Shown piece by piece: positions 23,115 to 32,334 of a stretch of DNA of 64,000 nucleotides. The notes beneath the pieces are model-generated. The model did no database searches and was not told the DNA's origin. It saw only the letters and a list, made by a program, of their open reading frames with translations. The position numbers and the translations under genes were made by a program. This stretch comes from an uncultured delta proteobacterium (lineage in GTDB: Bacteria > Myxococcota_A > Polyangia > Polyangiales > Polyangiaceae), in the NCBI GenBank assembly GCA_963782055.1, contig CAWAIF010000003.1:2080001-2144000 (forward strand), given 5' to 3'. How positions within the stretch are numbered: position 1 is the first letter of the stretch; every line of letters starts with the position of its first letter.

Positions 23115-24068
23115 ATGTCCGAACCTCGCAACGTCATCGTCATCGGCTCCGGTCCCGCCGGCCACACGGCCAGCATCTACGCCGCGCGCGCCAACCTGCA
23201 GCCCCTCATGTTCGAGGGCATGGTCCGCGGGGGCATCCCCGGGGGCCAGCTCATGATCACCAACGACGTGGAGAACTACCCCGGCTTCCCGTCCAAGATC
23301 GCCGGGCCGGAGCTCATGGCCGCCTTCCGTGAGCAGAGCCTGCACCAGGGGGTGGAGGTGCTGACGGAGGACGTGAACAAGGTCGACCTCTCCGCGCGGC
23401 CGTTCAAGGTGTGGGCGGGCGACGAGGACGTCCTGTACACCGCGCACACGCTGATCCTCGCCACAGGCGCGCAGGCCAAGTGGCTCGGGCTGGAGAGCGA
23501 GCACGCCCTCAAGGGGCGCGGCGTCTCCGCCTGCGCGGTGTGCGATGGCGCCTTCTTCCGCAATCAGGACGTGATGGTCGTGGGCGGCGGGGACACGGCG
23601 ATGGAGGAGTCCATGTACCTCTCCGGCCTCTGCAAGAGCGTCACCCTGGTGCATCGCCGCAAGGAGTTCCGCGCCAGCAAGACGATGCAGGAGCGCGTGC
23701 TGGAGAACCCGAAGATCAAGGTCCTGTACGACTCCGCCGTGGACGAGATCCTGGACGTGTCCAAGGGGGAGGTCTCCGGCGCGCGCGTGAAGAACGTCAA
23801 GACGGGCGAGGCGCAGGTGGTGCCGGTGACGGGTTTCTTCGTCGCCATCGGCCACACGCCCAACACCGACCTGTTCGTCGGGCAGCTGGACCTGCACGAC
23901 AACGGGTACGTGCGGACCAAGCCGGGCACCACGCAGACCAGCGTCGAGGGTGTCTTCGCCGCGGGGGACGTGCAGGACTTCGTCTACCGGCAGGCCGTCA
24001 CCGCCGCGGGCACCGGCTGCATGGCGGCGCTCGAGGCGGAGCGCTGGCTCGCTGCGAATCGTCACTGA
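23115..24068 (+). CDS. trxB: Thioredoxin-disulfide reductase
   Basis: IIGSGPAG, VENYPGF, GVSACAVCDG, VGGGDTAMEE, GVFAAGDVQD, QAVTAAGTGC. Confidence 0.97.
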   Translation: MSEPRNVIVIGSGPAGHTASIYAARANLQPLMFEGMVRGGIPGGQLMITNDVENYPGFPSKIAGPELMAAFREQSLHQGVEVLTEDVNKVDLSARPFKVWAGDEDVLYTAHTLILATGAQAKWLGLESEHALKGRGVSACAVCDGAFFRNQDVMVVGGGDTAMEESMYLSGLCKSVTLVHRRKEFRASKTMQERVLENPKIKVLYDSAVDEILDVSKGEVSGARVKNVKTGEAQVVPVTGFFVAIGHTPNTDLFVGQLDLHDNGYVRTKPGTTQTSVEGVFAAGDVQDFVYRQAVTAAGTGCMAALEAERWLAANRH

Positions 24069-24237
24069 GTCGACTCTCGCCCTCCCGGGCGAAGGCTCAC
24101 GGGCCGCCACGGACGTCAGGCGTCGGGACCTCGGCGCGGGAAGGCCCCTGGCGCTCGCGTTTCGCGCCGGCGCGACACCCGAGGCCCGGGCGGGCCGAGA
24201 TTGGCCCACCGGCGCGCGTTTCTTGTAGTCTCACCCC

Positions 24238-24729
24238 GTGAGCGCCGCCCAGGCCACCTCAGCCAGCGAACGCGAGGACCAGCTCGCGCGCGTGCCATTC
24301 TTCGACGGCCTGACACGGGAGTCGCTGTCGCTCATCGCCCAGGTGACGACGGAGGAGACGCACGCTCTGGGCACCAAGATCTTCCAGTACGGCGATCCGG
24401 GCGACAAGCTCTTCATCATCCTGGACGGCAAGGTGCGCATCTCGCGGGAGATCGCCGGAATGGGAGAGGAGGCGCTGGCCGTTCTGGGACCGGGTGAGGT
24501 CTTCGGCGAGATGGCCCTTCTGGACGAGTCCCCGCGCTCGGCCGACGCGCGCGCGCACGAGCGCTGCCGCCTGCTCGTCATCACCAAGGACGCCTTCGAC
24601 GACCTGCTCTTCCTCCACAAGGACCTGGCCTACGAGGTCCTATGGGCGTGCGTGCGCATGCTCAGCGGGCGCCTGCGCGAGATGAACGACAAGCTCGCCT
24701 TCCTCTCGACCAGCAACAAGTTCGAATGA
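24238..24729 (+). CDS. Stand-alone cyclic-nucleotide-binding domain protein
   Basis: IFQYGDPGDKLFIILDGKV and FGEMALLDESPRSADA phosphate-binding cassette. No HTH domain. Confidence 0.88.
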   Translation: MSAAQATSASEREDQLARVPFFDGLTRESLSLIAQVTTEETHALGTKIFQYGDPGDKLFIILDGKVRISREIAGMGEEALAVLGPGEVFGEMALLDESPRSADARAHERCRLLVITKDAFDDLLFLHKDLAYEVLWACVRMLSGRLREMNDKLAFLSTSNKFE

Positions 24730-25433
24730 CGACGAACCGGCATCGCGCGCGTCACACCTCCCTCCTGCTGCTCGTCGCCCTGACCCTCGGGGCGGTCGCG
24801 GCCGCCTGCGGGGGAGGGGCCGCCGCCGGTCCGGAGCCCGCCGTGCCAGCCGGCTCGGCGTCCGGTGCTCCCTCGGCGTCGGCAGCGCCGTCGGCGTCGA
24901 GCGCCGCCTCGGCTGCGCCGGTCGCGTCGGCGTCGGCCGCGCCCGTGTTCACGGGGCCCATGAAGTCGCCGGTGCCGACGGCCATGGCAGCGGATCTCCA
25001 GGCGCTGGGGCTGGACCCGAAGAACCTGCCCCCCCTCGGGAAGCTGCAGCCGGAGAAGCTGCGCAAGGTGATGAAGCTCATCGCCAAGTCGCTGGGGGCC
25101 AAGTGCCGCGACTGCCACGCCGACGAGATGAGCGACCCGACGCCGCGCAAGCGCGTCGCCGAGAACATGTGGAACCTCTTCGTGCAGCGCCTCTCCTTCG
25201 CCGACGGCTCGCCCGTCTTCTGCGACTCCTGCCACCAGGGCACCATCAGCCCGCTGCTCGACCGCCGCGACAAGAAGGCGCTCTCGCGGTGGATGGACGC
25301 CAACTTCGTCGACAGGCTCGCGCGCCGCGACGGCAAGGAGCACGACTGCCCGACCTGCCACGGGGAGGAGCAGGAGAACCACTTCATCGACCTGTGGAAG
25401 GCGGGGAAACCCTTCATCCCGACGTCCGACTGA
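24726..25433 (+). CDS. Tri-heme c-type cytochrome lipoprotein
   Basis: AVAAAC lipobox, SASAAP linker and three CxxCH motifs (CRDCH, CDSCH, CPTCH). Confidence 0.82.
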   Translation: MTTNRHRARHTSLLLLVALTLGAVAAACGGGAAAGPEPAVPAGSASGAPSASAAPSASSAASAAPVASASAAPVFTGPMKSPVPTAMAADLQALGLDPKNLPPLGKLQPEKLRKVMKLIAKSLGAKCRDCHADEMSDPTPRKRVAENMWNLFVQRLSFADGSPVFCDSCHQGTISPLLDRRDKKALSRWMDANFVDRLARRDGKEHDCPTCHGEEQENHFIDLWKAGKPFIPTSD

Positions 25434-25614
25434 AGGGCCTCCCCACCCGCGGACTCTGCCGCAGCGCGGCCCGAAGCCCGTCGCCCGTCCCCCGCCAGCC
25501 CGCCAGTCGACACGCTCAACCGGCAGATCGTTAGCGTGCACATGAACCGGCGCTTGTCCGCGTGGGTCGTGGGGGGGGCTCGCCGGGAGGGGTTGGCCCC
25601 AAAAAAGCCACGAA

Positions 25615-25623
25615 TTATCCACA
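25615..25623 (+). promoter_or_regulatory. Perfect DnaA-box consensus TTATCCACA upstream of lexA
   Basis: Exact 9-mer in the lexA upstream region; function is inferred. Confidence 0.5.
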
Positions 25624-25659
25624 GCTTACGTCCCTCCTCACCCGTTTAGGGGTGAATTG

Positions 25660-25688
25660 TTGACGCCGTGACGCGCGTTCAGTACGCT
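25660..25688 (+). promoter_or_regulatory. Sigma70-type lexA promoter with overlapping LexA-box-like site
   Basis: TTGACG (25660-65), 17-bp spacer, TACGCT (25683-88). The spacer contains CGTGACGCGCGTTCAG, resembling the Myxococcus LexA box ending in GTTCAG. Confidence 0.6.
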
Positions 25689-25700
25689 ACATCCACCCTC

Positions 25701-26354
25701 ATGCAAGGACTCACCCAGCGCCAGCAGATGGTCCTCGACTTCATTCGCCAGTCGATCGCCGATCGCGGTTATCCCCCCACCCTGCGCGAGATCGGGGCGC
25801 GGATGGGCATTCGCTCGACCAACGGCGTCAACGACCACCTGCGTGCCCTGGAGCGCAAGGGCTACCTCACGCGCGAGGACATGAAGTCGCGCGCCCTGCG
25901 GCCGACGGGTGTTCAGCTCCCGCTGCCCACCGGCGATGCGCCGCAGGCCGCCAACGACGATGATCTGGTGGAGGTGCCGGTCCTCGGCCGCGTCGCCGCC
26001 GGCGTGCCGCTGCTCGCCGAGGAGCACGTCATCGATACCGTCCGGATCGACCGCGGCCTGGTCAAGGGCGGACGAGAGGTCTTCGGCCTCCGCGTCCACG
26101 GCGACTCCATGGTCGACGCCGGGATCCTGACCGGGGACTACATCTTCGTGCGCAAGCAGCTCACCGCGAGCCGGGGCGACATCGTCGTGGCGCTCATCGG
26201 CGACGAGGCGACGGTGAAGTACTACTACCCGGAGAAGGACTACGTGCGCTTTCAGCCGGCGAACAAGACGATGGCCCCCATCCTGGTGCGCGCCATGGAC
26301 TTCAAGCCGACGATGCTGCTGGGCGTGGTCATCGGGCTCTATCGCAAGCTTTGA
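25701..26354 (+). CDS. lexA: SOS repressor LexA
   Basis: LTQRQ...GYPPTLREI...HLRALERKGY wHTH; VAAG cleavage site; GDSM and ATVK catalytic Ser/Lys. Confidence 0.97.
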   Translation: MQGLTQRQQMVLDFIRQSIADRGYPPTLREIGARMGIRSTNGVNDHLRALERKGYLTREDMKSRALRPTGVQLPLPTGDAPQAANDDDLVEVPVLGRVAAGVPLLAEEHVIDTVRIDRGLVKGGREVFGLRVHGDSMVDAGILTGDYIFVRKQLTASRGDIVVALIGDEATVKYYYPEKDYVRFQPANKTMAPILVRAMDFKPTMLLGVVIGLYRKL

Positions 26355-26467
26355 GGCCCCTCGCCCGGGCTGCCGGCCCGGAGGCCCAAGACCCCCGGCC
26401 AAGGACCGCAATCCCGCGGGTTTCTCGGCTTGACCGACTGCCGCGCGGAGCGTTAGCGTCAGCCCCG

Positions 26468-26782
26468 ATGGCTCGCGTCTGCGTTCGCTGGTCGCTCGTG
26501 GTGGCGGTGCTGGCGTTCTTCGCCACGGGCTGCGGCGGCACCCTCTACGCCGTGAACGCCTCGGGGGCCTCGTCTCGGCTCGAGGAAGCCAAGGCGATGG
26601 GCGCCGACGAGCTGGCGCCGTACGAGTACTACTACGCAAAGGCGCACCTGGAGCAGGCGCAGGTGGAGGCGAGCGGCGCCAACTACTCCGACGCGATCCA
26701 CTACGCCGAGACGGCGGAGGAGTACGCCGGCAAGGCCATCGAGCTGTCGCGTTCGGCGCAGCGGGCGTCGGGCCGCGAATGA
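26468..26782 (+). CDS. DUF4398-like lipoprotein
   Basis: FFATGC lipobox; GADELAPYEY..AKAHLEQA helical pattern. ATGA overlap with the OmpA gene. Confidence 0.75.
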   Translation: MARVCVRWSLVVAVLAFFATGCGGTLYAVNASGASSRLEEAKAMGADELAPYEYYYAKAHLEQAQVEASGANYSDAIHYAETAEEYAGKAIELSRSAQRASGRE

Positions 26783-27906
26783 GCACGGCGGTTCGCGCTG
26801 GCGGGCGCTGGGTGTCGCGCAGCGCGCTGGCGGCGCTCGCGGTGGTCCTGCTCGGCGCCTGCTCGGCCGGCGCGCAGCTCCGCGGCCGCATCCAGGGCCT
26901 GCAGGAGATCGTCGACTCGGCGGAGAAGAACGGCGCGATGCGCTGCGCCCCGCGCGAGCTGGCGCTCGCCAAGTCGCACCTGGAGTTCGCGACGACGGAT
27001 CTGGATCAGGGCGAGCTGTCCAACGCCGGCTCGCAGGTGGACCTGGCCGAGCCGAACGCGCGCGCCGCCATGGCCAACAGCCCGGCGGACCGCTGCGCCA
27101 AGCGCCGCTTCATCACGCCGAAGGTGGGCGACAAGGACGGCGACGGCATCCTGGACACGGTCGACAAGTGCCCGACCGATCCGGAGACGTACAACGGCTT
27201 CGAGGACGAGGACGGCTGTCCAGACGATCCCGACACCGACGGCGATGGCATCCCGGACTCCAAGGACCAGTGCATGCTGGCCCCGGAGGACAAGGACGGC
27301 TACCTGGACGACGACGGCTGCCCCGACCTGGACAACGACGCCGACGGCATCCCGGACACGGCGGACAAGTGCCCGCTCAAGCCGGAGGACATGGACGGCT
27401 TCCAGGACGAGGACGGCTGCCCCGACCCCGACAACGACGGCGACACCGTCCTCGACGTGGACGACTTCTGCCCGAACACGCCCGGCGCGACCGGCGGCGA
27501 GAGGCCCGGCTGCCCGAAGAAGAACACCCTGGTCGTGGTGACGGCGAAGGAGATCCGCATCACCCAGCAGATCCAGTTCGCCTTCAACAAGAGCAAGATC
27601 AAGGGGCAGATCTCGTTCAAGATCCTCGACGAGATCGTGCAGATCCTGAAGGACCACCAGAACATCAAGCTGGAGGTCCAGGGGCACACCGACAACGTCG
27701 GGCGCGCGGCCTACAACATGAAGCTGTCGCAGGCGCGCGCGGACTCGGTGCGCGCCTACCTGGTGGCGCACGGCGTGGACCCGTCGCGCCTGACGGCCAA
27801 GGGCTATGGCATGACCAAGCCGCTGGTCCCGAACAACAGCGCCGCCAACCGTGGGCTGAACCGACGCGTCCAGTTCATTCGGACCGAGGCCCCGACCACC
27901 CCCTGA
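26779..27906 (+). CDS. OmpA-family peptidoglycan-binding lipoprotein with TSP3 (Ca-binding) repeats
   Basis: LLGAC lipobox; repeated DxDGDGIxDxxDxCP..ED.DG..DEDGCPD; IQFAFNK, GHTD, LSQARA, NRRVQF. Confidence 0.92.
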   Translation: MSTAVRAGGRWVSRSALAALAVVLLGACSAGAQLRGRIQGLQEIVDSAEKNGAMRCAPRELALAKSHLEFATTDLDQGELSNAGSQVDLAEPNARAAMANSPADRCAKRRFITPKVGDKDGDGILDTVDKCPTDPETYNGFEDEDGCPDDPDTDGDGIPDSKDQCMLAPEDKDGYLDDDGCPDLDNDADGIPDTADKCPLKPEDMDGFQDEDGCPDPDNDGDTVLDVDDFCPNTPGATGGERPGCPKKNTLVVVTAKEIRITQQIQFAFNKSKIKGQISFKILDEIVQILKDHQNIKLEVQGHTDNVGRAAYNMKLSQARADSVRAYLVAHGVDPSRLTAKGYGMTKPLVPNNSAANRGLNRRVQFIRTEAPTTP

Positions 27907-28111
27907 CGGGTGGGGTGGCCTGCCGGCGGTCGCTCAAGAGTTCCGGGTCGGCCTGGAAGTCTGCTACCGTGGGCACGCTTCGGGCTCCCAGGGCGTAAAA
28001 ACCGTGGCCGTCCGAAGACGTTTCGTTGTAAGTCGCAGCTTGAGACAAGGTGCCGCGCTCGCTCCCCGCGCCGTGAGAAGGGGAGGGCCTGCGCGGCAGG
28101 GAGACACCGAC

Positions 28112-29956
28112 GTGAGCCGACTGGATCGAACGCCCGCTTCTTCATGGCTCCCCCGCGGGGCCGCAGCCAGGGTCACCGCCGCGCTCTTCGTCGCGCTGCT
28201 GACGATGCTCGTCGGCGCCGGGACCGCTCTGGCCCAGAACGACTCGAAGGCCGAGGCGCTCGACAAGAAGGCGATGGGCGAAGACTACCTCGTCACCGAC
28301 TTCAGCAAGGCGCTTCAGAAGCTTCAGGAGGCGGCGAAGCTTTGCGGCACGAACAAGTGCAGCGCCAAGCTGCGCGCGACAATCCAGCGCGACATGGGCA
28401 CCGTGTACGTCGGGGGTCTGGGCAAGACCACCGAGGGCACCGCCGCGTTCGCCGAGGCGCTGGCGATTGACCCGAGCATCCAGCTCAACTCCGACCTCAA
28501 GACCAAGGAGATCGAGTCCGCGTTCGCCGCCGCGAAGGCCGGCGCCGGTGGAGGCGGTGGTGGTGGAGGCGGCGGTGGCGGTGGTGGCGGCGGTGGCGGT
28601 GGCGGTGGCGGTGGTGGAGCGGCCGGGCAGCCCGAAACCACCGACATGACGCACACGCCGCCCGACGAGGCGCTCGTGCGCACGCCGCTCGCGCTCTACA
28701 CCGAGTACACGGGCAAGGAGACCATCAAGCGGGTCACCATCCGGTACAAGGGCTGGGGCATGCCGGACTTCAAGACCATGGACATGAAGAAGGTCGGGTC
28801 CGGCTACGGCGTGGAGGTGCCCTGCATCGACGCGCAGCAGGGCGACTTCAAGTACTACTTCCAGGCCTACAACGACTCCGACGACAACGTCGGCAACGCC
28901 GGGAGCAAGAAGACCCCGTACACCGTGCCGGTGAAGAAGGCGATCTCCGGGGAGGTCCCCTCGCTCCCCAACCAGCCCGCCCCCAAGCAGTGCCTGGAGA
29001 CCGCAGCCTGTCCGGAGGGTCCCGCCGGCGACAGCTGCCGCGGCACCTCCAGCGGTGGCACCAAGGGCGCCGGCGAGGACTGCGAGGACGACGACGAGTG
29101 CAAGAGCGGCTCCTGCAGCGACGGCGAGTGCACAGCGCCGCAGCTCAAGAGCGAGGGCGAGGACTGCGAGGAGAACAGCGAGTGCTCCTCCAACCTGTGC
29201 AAGGCTGAGAAGTGCGCGCCCAAGGCCAACAAGACGCCGAAGATTCGGATCGGCGCGGAGGTGGCCTTCGACCTCAACTTCGTCCCCGGCGCAGAGGGCG
29301 TATGCGCCCTCTACGGGGGCAGCGCGACCAACGGCACGCCCGGCACGCCGCAGAACGGCGGGGGCTACTACTGCACCGACCCGAACAACAACAACGTCTA
29401 CGTGCCGGCCACCCCCGGCGAGAACGACGCCTACGTGGACGCCAGCGGTGCGCCCACATCGCGCTCCGGCGCGGTGAGCGGCGGCCTCGTCCCGGGTAAC
29501 TTCCGCGTCAAGCTGTCGTTCGACTACGCGGTGATGCCGGCCTTCATGATCGGCGTGCGCGTCGGCATCTACGTCCCCACCTTCCCGGACAACCAGGACG
29601 GTTACCAGGCGGTGCCACCCTCGCGCATCCCCTTCCTCGACGCCGAGGTGCGCGGCACGTACATCGTGGGCGGGACGGCCGCCAAGGCGGCGCCCTACAT
29701 CCAGGCAGGCGTGGGCGTGTCGACCTTCGAGGGCAAGGTCGGAGGCATCCCGGTCACGCCGACGGGCCAGGCGCAGAAGTCGCTCGACGCCTGGACGTTC
29801 GGCGGCCCGGTCTACGTCGCCGCGGGCGGCGGCATCCGCCTCGGGGTCAGCCCCAACGCAGGCGTCATGATCGGCGCGCGCGTCGCCTTCGCGATTGGCA
29901 GCCCGGCGCTCGTCATCGCGATCCAGCCGCAGCTCGGCTTCCAGTACGGCTTCTGA
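28112..29956 (+). CDS. Multidomain exported/outer-membrane protein (TPR-like, poly-Gly, Cys-rich, beta-strand C-terminus)
   Basis: Signal peptide ending ALA, a 24-Gly run, two GEDCE..EC.S..C modules and C-terminal GFQYGF. The start is uncertain (ORF open from 28004). Confidence 0.75.
   Translation: MSRLDRTPASSWLPRGAAARVTAALFVALLTMLVGAGTALAQNDSKAEALDKKAMGEDYLVTDFSKALQKLQEAAKLCGTNKCSAKLRATIQRDMGTVYVGGLGKTTEGTAAFAEALAIDPSIQLNSDLKTKEIESAFAAAKAGAGGGGGGGGGGGGGGGGGGGGGGGGAAGQPETTDMTHTPPDEALVRTPLALYTEYTGKETIKRVTIRYKGWGMPDFKTMDMKKVGSGYGVEVPCIDAQQGDFKYYFQAYNDSDDNVGNAGSKKTPYTVPVKKAISGEVPSLPNQPAPKQCLETAACPEGPAGDSCRGTSSGGTKGAGEDCEDDDECKSGSCSDGECTAPQLKSEGEDCEENSECSSNLCKAEKCAPKANKTPKIRIGAEVAFDLNFVPGAEGVCALYGGSATNGTPGTPQNGGGYYCTDPNNNNVYVPATPGENDAYVDASGAPTSRSGAVSGGLVPGNFRVKLSFDYAVMPAFMIGVRVGIYVPTFPDNQDGYQAVPPSRIPFLDAEVRGTYIVGGTAAKAAPYIQAGVGVSTFEGKVGGIPVTPTGQAQKSLDAWTFGGPVYVAAGGGIRLGVSPNAGVMIGARVAFAIGSPALVIAIQPQLGFQYGF
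28547..28618 (+). repeat. (GGN)24 poly-glycine tract
   Basis: 24 consecutive Gly codons. Confidence 0.9.
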
Positions 29957-30124
29957 CACGACGCCGCCGGCGCCCTCGCTCGCTGAGTTACCGCGGCGTC
30001 GCCGAGCGGCGGCTGCGTGATCAGGCGGTCGCCTGCTCCGGCGCCTCCGGCTCGGGCTGGTGCTGCCCCCCCAGACTCCGCCAGCCGCCCAGCGTCCTAC
30101 CGGACGCCAGAGGGTGTCCGGGGA

Positions 30125-30239
30125 CACTCCCCATGCCACCCCTGCCCCCCACGTTTCGAGGCCAGATCATTAGCAAGCACTCGAAAGGGCCTCGAAACGT
30201 GGGGGGGGGCGGGGGGGAGAAGGGGGGGCACGGGGTGTG
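30125..30239. repeat. Long inverted repeat with perfect 19-bp core, upstream of the MarR gene
   Basis: CCCCCCACGTTTCGAGGCC (30145-63) pairs with GGCCTCGAAACGTGGGGGG (30188-206). Outer arms 30125-42 and 30222-39 match at 15/18. Confidence 0.85.
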
Positions 30240-30253
30240 CAGTGGGGGAGGGG

Positions 30254-30760
30254 ATGGATGCCATCATGTTCGGGCTCAAGCGGGCCTATCAGTCGACGCT
30301 CACCCTCGGGCGCGCCATCTGTTCCAAGTTTGCGCAGGGGCTCACGCCGGCGCGGCTGGACATGATGTACGCGATTCACGACAACGCGATGAACTACGTG
30401 ACGCAGATGAAGCTGCGCCGGCTGCTCGGGGTGTCGCGGCCGACGGTCAGTCGCATGTTGAAATCGCTCGAGGAGCTGGGCTGGGTGGAGCGCAGCCCGG
30501 GGCCGCACCTGGACAGGCGGACCCGCAAGGTGCGGCTCACCGAGCGGGGCGTCGCGCTGCTCAAGCGCGTGCTCGCCGCCGTCCTCGCCACCGACATGGT
30601 GAAGTTCATCGTCGACACCTCGCTCTCGATGGGGAGGTTCTGGGACGCCGGCCGCTGTCTGGTGGAGCGCGACCGCACCGAGGGCATCCTGCGGCGCATA
30701 CGGCACGACTTCGGCGACACCGCGAGCATCGAGTACCCGTGGGACCACCCCGACGACTGA
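30254..30760 (+). CDS. MarR-family transcriptional regulator
   Basis: GLTPARLDMM...LGVSRPTVSRMLKSLEELGWVER...DRRTRKVRLTERG. Confidence 0.9.
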   Translation: MDAIMFGLKRAYQSTLTLGRAICSKFAQGLTPARLDMMYAIHDNAMNYVTQMKLRRLLGVSRPTVSRMLKSLEELGWVERSPGPHLDRRTRKVRLTERGVALLKRVLAAVLATDMVKFIVDTSLSMGRFWDAGRCLVERDRTEGILRRIRHDFGDTASIEYPWDHPDD

Positions 30761-30835
30761 CGCGCCGCGCGGCCGCGCGCCCTCGCGCGGCACCCGCCCC
30801 GTCTCGAAGGCGTGGGCGGCGAGGCGCCGAGCGCC

Positions 30836-32246
30836 TCACGCGATGACGTGGACGCGGATGGAGTTGGTGGTGCCCGTCACGCCGATGGGCGCGCCGAAGA
30901 CGATGACCACCCGCTCGCCGGGGGAGGCGAGGCCGGAGGCCATCAGAATCGCCCGTGCACCAGTCGACGAGGGCGTCGGAGTTGTGGATGGGGGGCATCT
31001 CCCGGGGGACCACACCCCAGAAGAGCGCCATCCGCCTGCGAGCCTTGGCGTTGGGCGAGAAGGCGATGATTGGCACGTGCGGCCTCGCCAGGCTCACCGT
31101 CATGGCGCTCTGGCCCGACTCGGTGAAGGCGACGATGTAGCGCGCCCCGATCTCCCGTGCGGTGTTGCAGGCGCCGCGGGCGATGGCCTCCGCCGTGCTG
31201 GTGGCGCGGCTGGCGTAGGGTGCGTGCTCGAAGAAGGGGCTCTTCTCCGCCTCCAGCGCGATGCGGCTCATCATCGACGCCGCGAGGGTGGGGTAGTCGC
31301 CGTTCGCCGTCTCCCCCGAGAGCATGATGCAGTCGGCGCCGGAGTAGACCGCGTTGGCCACGTCGCTCGCCTCCGCGCGCGTGGGCCGGGTGTTCTTCGT
31401 CATCGACTGCAGCATCTCGGTCGCGACGATGACCGGGCGCCGCACGCGGCGCGCCACGCCGAGCATCTGCCGCTGGATCACCGGCACGCGCTCCGGCGGG
31501 AACTCCACGCCCAGATCGCCGCGGGCGACCATCACGCCGTCGGAGGCGGCGATGACCGACTCCAGGTTCTCCACCGCATCGGGTGTCTCCACCTTGGCGA
31601 TGATGGGCGTCGGCGCGCCCCAGGCCTGGCAGATCTCCCGGACCAGGCGGATGTCCTCGGCGCGGCGCACGAAGGACAGGGCGATGTAATCCACTCCGAG
31701 GGAGAGACCGAAGAGCAGGTCCGCCTTGTCCTTCTCCGTCAGCGCGCCGCCCCGCATGGTGCGGCTGGGCAGGTGCACGCCGATGTGGTTGCGCATGCCG
31801 CCGCCCTGGTCCACGTGCACCTTCACCGTGTCGCCCTCGACGGCGGTGACGTCCAGGACGATGCGGCCATCGTCGAAGAGGATCTTGTCACCCACGCGCA
31901 CGTCCTGGGCCAGGCCCTCGTACTCGATGGGGATGACACGCTCGTCGGTGGAGTCGTGGCCCTCGACCAGCGTCGCGTCGGCCCCCGCGGGCAGCTCGAA
32001 GGGCGCGGGATAGTTGCCGGTGCGGACCTTCGGGCCGCAGAGGTCCTGAAGCGCGGCGACCGAGCGCTTCTTCTCCTCCGCCGCCTTGCGCAGGCGGCCG
32101 AGCCGCGCGGCGTGCTCCTCGTGGGTGCCGTGGGAGAAGTTGAGCCGAGCCACGTCCATGCCGGCGTCGATGAGCTCCGTCAGGCGCTCCTGCGAGTCGC
32201 TCGCGGGGCCCAGCGTGCACACGAGCTTGGTGCGGCGGATGGTCAC
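30836..32246 (-). CDS. pyk: Pyruvate kinase with a +1 frameshift near the 3' end (possible pseudogene or sequencing error)
   Basis: RRTKLVCTLGP, ARLNFSHG, DGVMVARGDLGVE, ATEMLQSM, PTRAEASDVANA, MLSGET. The canonical C-terminus (PGERVVIVFGAP..GTTNSIRV) lies in another frame after 30947. Confidence 0.93.
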
Positions 32247-32334
32247 GACCGAAGCATGCCAAAAAAAGCGGCGCGGTGACGGATCATTTGCGGGTGGCCT
32301 TGCGCCGGCGTCGCGCGGGCAGTACCAAGCGGCT

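Noticed and set aside
24726..25433. Evidence for photosynthesis from the reaction-centre-cytochrome-like protein
   Set aside because: There are no puf, bch or crt genes in the window, and the resemblance is only at motif level.
30606..30835. Extended Arg-rich C-terminus of pyruvate kinase as a novel domain
   Set aside because: It results from the +1 frameshift; the true C-terminus is in another frame and ends at 30836.
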